In this document: piece after piece, positions 6,667-11,889 of the stretch
Position numbering within the stretch: the first letter of the stretch is position 1
How the letters are laid out: each line of letters starts with the position of its first letter
Origin: an uncultured Candidatus Saccharibacteria bacterium
GTDB lineage: Bacteria; Patescibacteriota; Minisyncoccia; Phycocordibacterales; CAZTTV01
Direction of reading: 5' to 3'
Assembly (NCBI GenBank): GCA_964616385.1
Contig: CAZTTV010000017.1
Coordinates: 1-11,889 of the forward strand
DNA length: 11,889 bases
Notes under the pieces: model-generated
Seen by the model: the letters and a program-made list of their open reading frames with translations, nothing else
The model's database searches: none
Told to the model about the DNA's origin: nothing
Program-made: the position numbers and the translations under genes

Positions 6667-6924
6667 TTTTCTTCCTTTCTTTAGTTTGTTTTGTGAAATC
6701 ACAAAATTGCGATATCCACGACATAACATTCAGTTTTCAACGAGCCTATGATAAAAACATGTTTAATTTAAACACATTAACCTATCATAGCAATAAACAC
6801 TAACAATTTTTATGTATCTTGTCAATAGTAGTAATGTAAACAATTAAAAACTTCAGTTATTGCACTTTTATATAAATTTTATATTTATAAACAAAAATAT
6901 TCAAAAATCTGATACAATTTAAAT

Positions 6925-7725
6925 ATGAGGAAAATAAATAAATTAGTTGGAGAAATTCCAATACATATTGTTAGTATAAAGACCGATAGAAAAGAAATTT
7001 CTGGAAATATTGTTTTTATTCATATGTCTTGGGGTGGAGCTTGGGCATTTAATTTTTATATGAAATTTTTTGCGCAAAATGGATACACCTGTCATGCATT
7101 TGATTTACGTGGACATGGTGAAAGTGGCGGCACAGTAGAAGGTACTACTATGCAAGATTATGTAGATGATGTAAGAGATGTTGTTAAAAATCTAAATATA
7201 CAAAATCCAATAATTATTGGACATTCTATGGGCGGGCTAATCGCTTTAATGTATAGCGCACAATATGGTTCAAAAGCAACTATCTCAATCGATGGAAGTC
7301 CGAGTATTGAAGTACAAAAAGTAAGCGAAGAAAAAACATACCCACTGTCATATACACCCAAAGATTCTGGAATGCCTACAAATTTGATAAAAGCCATGAT
7401 GATGTTACCAGACATATATCTATGGAGACTTATGAAGATGAAGAAAATGCTTACTGTAGAATCTGGTATTGCACGAAGTGAAAGAAAGAAAGGGATATCT
7501 GTGCCAAAAGAAAAATTAACACAACCTTTACTTTTTGTAGGAGCTGAAAAAGGGACAACACTTCCATTTGGTATAGGGATAGAAAAAGTCCGCAAACAAG
7601 CAGAATACTATAACTCTCCTGTTGTAGAAATATTTGGAGCTACACATCCTGGACTACTTATGGGAAAATATTGGGAAAAATCTGCTAGTGTAATTTTTAA
7701 GTGGCTTAAAGAAAATAATATATAA
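6925..7725 (+). CDS. Alpha/beta-hydrolase fold serine hydrolase (lysophospholipase/esterase-like), 266 aa.
   Basis: Nucleophile elbow GHSMGG, an HG-type oxyanion region IVFIHMSWGG, and a C-terminal His (GATHPG). No SD. TGATACAAT ends 6 nt before the ATG. Confidence 0.8.
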   Translation: MRKINKLVGEIPIHIVSIKTDRKEISGNIVFIHMSWGGAWAFNFYMKFFAQNGYTCHAFDLRGHGESGGTVEGTTMQDYVDDVRDVVKNLNIQNPIIIGHSMGGLIALMYSAQYGSKATISIDGSPSIEVQKVSEEKTYPLSYTPKDSGMPTNLIKAMMMLPDIYLWRLMKMKKMLTVESGIARSERKKGISVPKEKLTQPLLFVGAEKGTTLPFGIGIEKVRKQAEYYNSPVVEIFGATHPGLLMGKYWEKSASVIFKWLKENNI

Positions 7726-7805
7726 CAACTAATATAACTACTTTATAATTTACCTATTTCGTGTATTATCCATACAGTTCTCTAATATTTTTATAAAAAT
7801 ATCTC

Positions 7806-7849
7806 AAAAAAAACACCATCGTTTCTAAAAAAGAAACGATGGTGTTTTT
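7806..7849. terminator. Bidirectional terminator between the convergent hydrolase and zinc-ribbon genes: aaaaaaa-acaccatcgtttct-aaaaa-agaaacgatggtgt-tttt.
   Basis: Perfect 14-bp stem with 5-nt loop, A-tract and T-tract. Confidence 0.8.
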
Positions 7850-7867
7850 ATATACTTATCACCTTAC

Positions 7868-8146
7868 CTATCTACTATTCCTGAAACAATCTATGCATTT
7901 TAAATTCCCTGTTTCTCTTGGCTCGAATGGTAGTTGTGATATTGTCGCACTACAGCTACCACATTTCCAATCTCCTTGAAACATTTTCTTTTGTGGGCTA
8001 TCTGACTTTTTTGATGCATGACAATCACGACAAAGTAACCCACTTGTATCTCTCGGTTCAAACGGTAATTCTGTTATATCTTTATTACAACCCGAACACT
8101 TCCAATTGCCTTGAAACATTTTTCTATCACTATTTTGTGAATCCAT
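7868..8146 (-). CDS. Small tandem C4 zinc-ribbon protein, 92 aa, with two copies of KMFQG(N/D)WKC(S/G)(G/S)C-x18-C-x-DC.
   Basis: Internal duplication at protein level and at DNA level (about 28-nt near-identical repeat starts). C-x2-C-x18-C-x2-C spacing resembles TraR/DksA-type C4 fingers, ending in CIDC. No SD, so the start (8146 vs 8119) is uncertain. Confidence 0.6.
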   Translation of the reverse strand: MDSQNSDRKMFQGNWKCSGCNKDITELPFEPRDTSGLLCRDCHASKKSDSPQKKMFQGDWKCGSCSATISQLPFEPRETGNLKCIDCFRNSR

Positions 8147-8220
8147 AAAATATTATTTATTATTTTTAATATATAATATTTTACTATAAAAACATTACAC
8201 AGACCAGAATATTGCTATAT

Positions 8221-8256
8221 TAAAAAACGAGTATTACCTAAAGTGGTAATACTCGT
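8221..8256 (-). terminator. Intrinsic terminator after leuB: acgagtattacc-taaagt-ggtaatactcgt, then TTTTTT on the minus strand.
   Basis: Perfect 12-bp stem. The complement of 8221..8226 is a T-tract. Confidence 0.7.
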
Positions 8257-8263
8257 CAATATT

Positions 8264-9430
8264 TTACAAATATGATATAACTTTATTCGCCATATCTTTT
8301 GTACCTAAAAGTTTTAAAGAATCATCTCCATCAGAAAATATATCTCCTGTACGATACCCTTCACGCAAAACACGCAAAACTGATTTCTCTATATCATCAG
8401 CACCTTCAATTGCACCGATGTGTCTGAGCATCATACCTGCTGTAAGAATTCTTCCAAGTGGATTTGCTATTCCCTGCCCAGCAATTGTTGGTGCAGTACC
8501 TGCTCCACTTTCAAACATAGCAGAACCCGTATCAGGATTTATAGCAGAACTACACATCATTCCCATACTTCCCAATGCGCTAGCTGCACCGTCTGACAAT
8601 ATATCGCCATGTTCATTACCACAAGCGATAACTCCATTAAGTTTTGCTGGTGTGAACAAAAGTGCATTAGCTGAATCTACAAGTTGATGTTTTAATTCAA
8701 CATCAGGAAATTCTTCCATCCCAATTTTTGTAGTAATCTTCCTCCAAAAATCATATCTTGCCATTACGTTAGCTTTATCGATTGAAATAAGCGGAAGATC
8801 CAACTTCTTGGCATAGCCAAAAGCAAAGCGTATATACTTTTCAATAGTCTCTTTTCTGTAATAAGCAACGTCAGTAACAATATATTCTTCTATAGAAACT
8901 TTATTTTTGAGCATTATACCGAGCATTGTTTTTGTATCATCATCGATAAAATCAACAAAGTCTGTATTCCCAAAATAGCTATCTTCCAGAAGAAGACGAA
9001 TCCAAATTTGTTTTATCCCTTTATCTGGTATTGTCCCAGGTTTAACATTTGCGAGACTATCAAGCACCTTGTAATAAGTCATTGGTCGAAAATTAAGCAA
9101 CAAACCCATAGTACTTCTAAGAGCAAGTAAGCATCTGGCTTCAGGCTTCATCTCTGGTTTTTCAATACCTATTGTATTGTCAAACTTAGGATCACCTACT
9201 CCACCAAAAAATATCGTACCGATTTCAACTGCTCTTTCAAAAGAACTCTTTGGAAGTGTGTCTCCAAATATTTCGTAAGCATTCCACCCCATAGGAGTAT
9301 CTTCAAAAACAATTTCCATACCATATTTCTCCGCAGCAATAATAGCAACGGAACAAGCAGCTTCCATCATTTCTGGACCAGAACCATCACCTTTTACTAA
9401 AGCAATGGTTTTCTTTCTATTAATTCCCAT
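8264..9430 (-). CDS. leuB: 3-isopropylmalate dehydrogenase family (isocitrate/isopropylmalate/homoisocitrate DH superfamily), 388 aa.
   Basis: Family motifs (…GNEHGDILSDGAASALGSMGM…). RBS GAAAGGA. It lies 15 nt downstream of the leuCD stop, so it is operonic. Confidence 0.75.
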   Translation of the reverse strand: MGINRKKTIALVKGDGSGPEMMEAACSVAIIAAEKYGMEIVFEDTPMGWNAYEIFGDTLPKSSFERAVEIGTIFFGGVGDPKFDNTIGIEKPEMKPEARCLLALRSTMGLLLNFRPMTYYKVLDSLANVKPGTIPDKGIKQIWIRLLLEDSYFGNTDFVDFIDDDTKTMLGIMLKNKVSIEEYIVTDVAYYRKETIEKYIRFAFGYAKKLDLPLISIDKANVMARYDFWRKITTKIGMEEFPDVELKHQLVDSANALLFTPAKLNGVIACGNEHGDILSDGAASALGSMGMMCSSAINPDTGSAMFESGAGTAPTIAGQGIANPLGRILTAGMMLRHIGAIEGADDIEKSVLRVLREGYRTGDIFSDGDDSLKLLGTKDMANKVISYL

Positions 9431-9445
9431 AAATATATCCTTTCT

Positions 9446-11389
9446 CTATAGAATTTTATGTTGTTTCTGTAATTCAGCTGCAATTTCAATCATTACATTA
9501 ACACTTCCATTATTTCTAATGAGCTCTTTTTGATAATCAGACAATCTAAACTCTATAAATATGTCTCCATTGCTGATTAGACCGTTCTCTATATCAATCG
9601 TCAGATTGCTGACACTTCCTAATTGCTCAATAGTGTTAGCTGGTAGTGTTATGCACAAAAGACCATTTGCGAACATATTATCTTCAAAAATACGTGCAAA
9701 ACTTGGTGCTATAATACATTTAGTACCAGCTCCTTCCAATGCCCATGGTGCATGCTCTCTTGATGACCCACAGCCAAAGTTCTCCCCAACTATAAGTATC
9801 TGAGATTCAAATAATCTCTGTCTCCCTTCTTTGTCAATGGAAGAATCTTCGAGACAATGTTCTCCAAATACTTTTTTATCAGTTTCTGTTAAATATTTTG
9901 CTGGTATTATCTGATCTGTATCAACATTGTCATCTTTCAAATGAAAAACTTTGCCAGAAAAATCTTTTTTACTTTCACTGCTAAACATTTTTAACAACTT
10001 AGAATAATCAGGGGTTGTAAACGGAACATCATTCCAATGAGTTGGTATGGATTTTGACACCTCACAACCAACCAAAGAACCTAGGCGCGCTCGCTTGCAC
10101 ATATCCTTATCTGGTTCTGTTATTACTCCAAAAATAGCAGACATAGCTGCTGTTGCAGGAGATACTAAATGCACAATTCCGCCCTTACCCATTCTTCCTG
10201 GGAAATTACGATTAGTTGTAGAAATACAAACCTCACCAGGGGCAAGAACACCACAACTCATACCAAGACAAGCACCACATGTAGGACCACTAACAAAACA
10301 TCCAGCTTTTACAAATGTCTGTATTAATCCTTCTGAAATAGCTTGCTCATATATATGTTGTGTGGCAGGAACTATAATACATCGAACAGAAGAATTTATT
10401 CTACCTCCCAAAATACGAATGACTTCTGCTGCTATTCTCAAATCTTCAATTCTTCCATTTGTGCAAGAACCAATATATATCTGATCAATTTTCTTGTCAG
10501 CAATACCAGATACATCAACAACACACTCGGGTGAATAATTGATAGTAGCTTTAGGACACATGTCTGACACATCAATTTCTATGACATCATTATATTCTGC
10601 ATTCAAATCACTATTAAAAGACAAAAATCTTTCAATATTAGAATCTACGTTTTCATGTCCAAGATATTTTATGATAGCTGGTTTTAAATAAGAAATCGTC
10701 TTTCCGTCAATTGGCATAATCCCTGATGTTGCTCCAGCTTCAACAACCATATTAGTGATTGTCATTCTACTTTCCATGGTCATTTCATTAATGACTGACC
10801 CACCAAATTCCAATACAGAGTTTGTCGCACCTTTTACACCAATTTTCCCAATAAGTGTCAAAATCAAATCTTTAGCAAATACATTTTCAGGCAACTCGCC
10901 TACAAAATTCACACGTATAACTTTTTGAGGTTGGCATATCCAAAGTCCTGTTATGATACCATTTTCTAGATCGGTAGAACCAACTCCTGCAGAAAAAGAA
11001 CCAAAGGCTCCATGTGTGCAAGTGTGGCTATCTCCCATAATTCCAACTTCTCCAGGGAGTATCCAACCCAATTCTGGTATGATCGCATGACACACGCCAT
11101 TTCGTCCTATATCTAGAAACTCTATTTTATGGCTATGGCTCCAATCTCTTATTATTTTACCCTGAACAGCAGATGCTGTATCTTTCGCAGGATTAACATG
11201 ATCTATCATTGCCTTAATCTTATTTGGATCAAAAACAACGTCACAATCGCGAGACTGTGCATCAATTATAGAAGGAGGAGTAGTAATCTCGTGACACCAC
11301 ACCCTATCAACTTTTAGCACCATTCTTCCGTCTTGTAGTGTTTTTACAACATGTTTAGAGATTATTTTCTCATACATATTTCTAGCCAT
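9446..11389 (-). CDS. leuCD: Fused 3-isopropylmalate dehydratase: large-subunit (LeuC, aconitase-family, small archaeal type) plus small-subunit (LeuD) in one polypeptide, about 647 aa.
   Basis: N-terminal part has aconitase-family Cys ligands (…GSCTNGRIEDL…, …CGACLGM…). C-terminal part matches LeuD (…NVDTDQIIPAKYL…GENFGCGSSREHAPWAL…SFARIFEDN…). Start is reassigned to the ATG at 11389 (MARNMYEKIISKH) behind AGGAGAAAAAAATG. The track's TTG start at 11500 is the -35 box. Confidence 0.8.
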   Translation of the reverse strand: MARNMYEKIISKHVVKTLQDGRMVLKVDRVWCHEITTPPSIIDAQSRDCDVVFDPNKIKAMIDHVNPAKDTASAVQGKIIRDWSHSHKIEFLDIGRNGVCHAIIPELGWILPGEVGIMGDSHTCTHGAFGSFSAGVGSTDLENGIITGLWICQPQKVIRVNFVGELPENVFAKDLILTLIGKIGVKGATNSVLEFGGSVINEMTMESRMTITNMVVEAGATSGIMPIDGKTISYLKPAIIKYLGHENVDSNIERFLSFNSDLNAEYNDVIEIDVSDMCPKATINYSPECVVDVSGIADKKIDQIYIGSCTNGRIEDLRIAAEVIRILGGRINSSVRCIIVPATQHIYEQAISEGLIQTFVKAGCFVSGPTCGACLGMSCGVLAPGEVCISTTNRNFPGRMGKGGIVHLVSPATAAMSAIFGVITEPDKDMCKRARLGSLVGCEVSKSIPTHWNDVPFTTPDYSKLLKMFSSESKKDFSGKVFHLKDDNVDTDQIIPAKYLTETDKKVFGEHCLEDSSIDKEGRQRLFESQILIVGENFGCGSSREHAPWALEGAGTKCIIAPSFARIFEDNMFANGLLCITLPANTIEQLGSVSNLTIDIENGLISNGDIFIEFRLSDYQKELIRNNGSVNVMIEIAAELQKQHKIL

Positions 11390-11471
11390 TTTTTTCTCCT
11401 TTTTTGTATATGATTCTAAAACTTTTATCAATGAACAAAAACAGCTACGCCGTTTAAGCTTTCTAATAGCC

Positions 11472-11500
11472 ACATTACATAAAATATACTGTTTGGTCAA
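11472..11500 (-). promoter_or_regulatory. Putative leuCD promoter: TTGACC, 17 nt, then TAATGT.
   Basis: Reverse complement of 11495..11500 is ttgacc, and of 11472..11477 is taatgt. The spacer is 17 nt. Confidence 0.45.
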
Positions 11501-11510
11501 GCATATTTCC

Positions 11511-11539
11511 TTGACATCGCTACTTCATTATGATAGGAT
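11511..11539 (+). promoter_or_regulatory. Putative csp promoter: TTGACA, 17 nt, then TAGGAT(ATAT). It gives a 5'UTR of about 90 to 100 nt.
   Basis: TTGACA at 11511..11516 and an AT-rich -10 region at 11534..11543. Confidence 0.4.
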
Positions 11540-11637
11540 ATATGCTATCAAATCAGACCTGTAGGAGAAGCGATGTCGAGTTTTACAATACAGCCCCCTG
11601 TGTTTGAAAATTTATCAGTATAGCTCTCTTACAAAAA

Positions 11638-11838
11638 ATGAAAGAAGGAACTATAGCTCGTCTTACAGACCGAGGATTTGGATTCATCTCAATTGAAGGT
11701 GAGGAGAAAGATTTATTCTTTCACTCAAATGAACTTCAAGGAGTACAGTTCAATGATCTTCGTGAAGGAGATAAAGTAACATTTGAAACAGCAGAAGGTC
11801 CAAAAGGACTTAACGCAGTAAATGTTAGCAAAGTGTAA
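11638..11838 (+). CDS. csp: Cold-shock protein (CspA-family, S1-like cold-shock domain), 66 aa. It is a variant lacking the canonical KWFN Trp.
   Basis: RNP1-like RGFGFI, RNP2-like LFFHSN, and C-terminus …GPKGLNAVNVSKV. Has a long leader. No SD. Confidence 0.85.
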   Translation: MKEGTIARLTDRGFGFISIEGEEKDLFFHSNELQGVQFNDLREGDKVTFETAEGPKGLNAVNVSKV

Positions 11839-11855
11839 TTTTATATAACACTTCT

Positions 11856-11885
11856 AAAAAATACCCCGTATGGGGTATTTTTTAT
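11856..11885. terminator. Intrinsic terminator after csp: aaaaaa-tacccc-gta-tggggta-ttttttatttt.
   Basis: 6 to 7-bp GC-rich stem, short loop and a long T-tract. Confidence 0.7.
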
Positions 11886-11889
11886 TTTA

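Noticed and set aside
6667-6729. N-terminal extension of the flotillin ORF (MLCRGYRNFVISQNKLKKGRK…)
   Set aside because: The downstream ATG at 6666 has a good AAGGAAG RBS and starts directly with the hydrophobic membrane anchor. The extension has no RBS.
7158-7595. 145-aa minus-strand ORF inside the hydrolase gene
   Set aside because: Antisense to a CDS with clear catalytic motifs, and hydrophobic junk composition.
7918-8148. 76-aa plus-strand ORF antisense to the zinc-ribbon gene
   Set aside because: The minus-strand product has an obviously meaningful duplicated C4 architecture. The plus-strand product is low-complexity.
8418-8687. 89-aa plus-strand ORF inside leuB
   Set aside because: Antisense shadow ORF.
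9561-11317. Plus-strand ORFs inside leuCD (9561..9803, 10047..10484, 10343..10534, 11129..11317)
   Set aside because: Antisense shadow ORFs within a conserved enzyme gene.
11390-11500. 37-codon in-frame extension of leuCD from a TTG (MTKQYILCNVAIRKLKRRSCFCSLIKVLESYTKKEKK) as a possible leu leader peptide
   Set aside because: It is not Leu-rich (4 Leu in 37), and the TTG is the -35 hexamer of a TTGACC-17-TAATGT promoter. The true start ATG at 11389 has a perfect AGGAGA RBS. A small hairpin plus U-run (about 11436..11456) in the leader is too weak (7 bp with a G·U) to call an attenuator.

Overview
This is an AT-rich bacterial chromosomal window using the standard genetic code, with no tRNA, rRNA, CRISPR, transposase or integrase. 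The right ~9 kb carries housekeeping genes: typA/bipA GTPase (+), a long SPFH/band-7 flotillin-like protein (-), an alpha/beta-hydrolase (+), a small tandem zinc-ribbon protein (-), a leuCD(fused)-leuB operon (-) and a cspA-family cold-shock gene (+). Almost every transcription unit ends in a clean A-tract/hairpin/T-tract bidirectional terminator. The left ~2.4 kb is the unusual part. An exact 55-bp direct repeat (1..55 and 2328..2382), the 3' end of a tiny lysine-rich reading frame, brackets a cassette of five minus-strand small genes in three transcription units. Three of them (148..639, 737..1081, 1103..1360) encode Gly/Ser/Asn-rich low-complexity proteins that are paralogous: a Gly-rich hydrophobic N-terminus followed by a shared G-x-LL-x-SSL-(S/K)-(P/I) motif, with 'ASSLSP' identical in two of them. 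Each has a strong GGAG-type RBS. The remaining two genes form an operon: a 58-aa Cys-rich peptide (LVGAGA motif then a C/S-rich C-terminal half) translationally coupled (TGAtATG) to an 80-aa basic Gly-rich protein. None is recognisable to me as a known family. I regard this repeat-bracketed small-protein cassette as the candidate novel system, possibly a secreted or surface Gly-zipper/amyloid-like protein family plus a bacteriocin/RiPP-like peptide pair. Other points: Shine-Dalgarno usage is heterogeneous, with some genes looking leaderless behind extended -10 boxes. A plus-strand intrinsic terminator sits just upstream of typA with no gene to terminate. The csp leader is structured.
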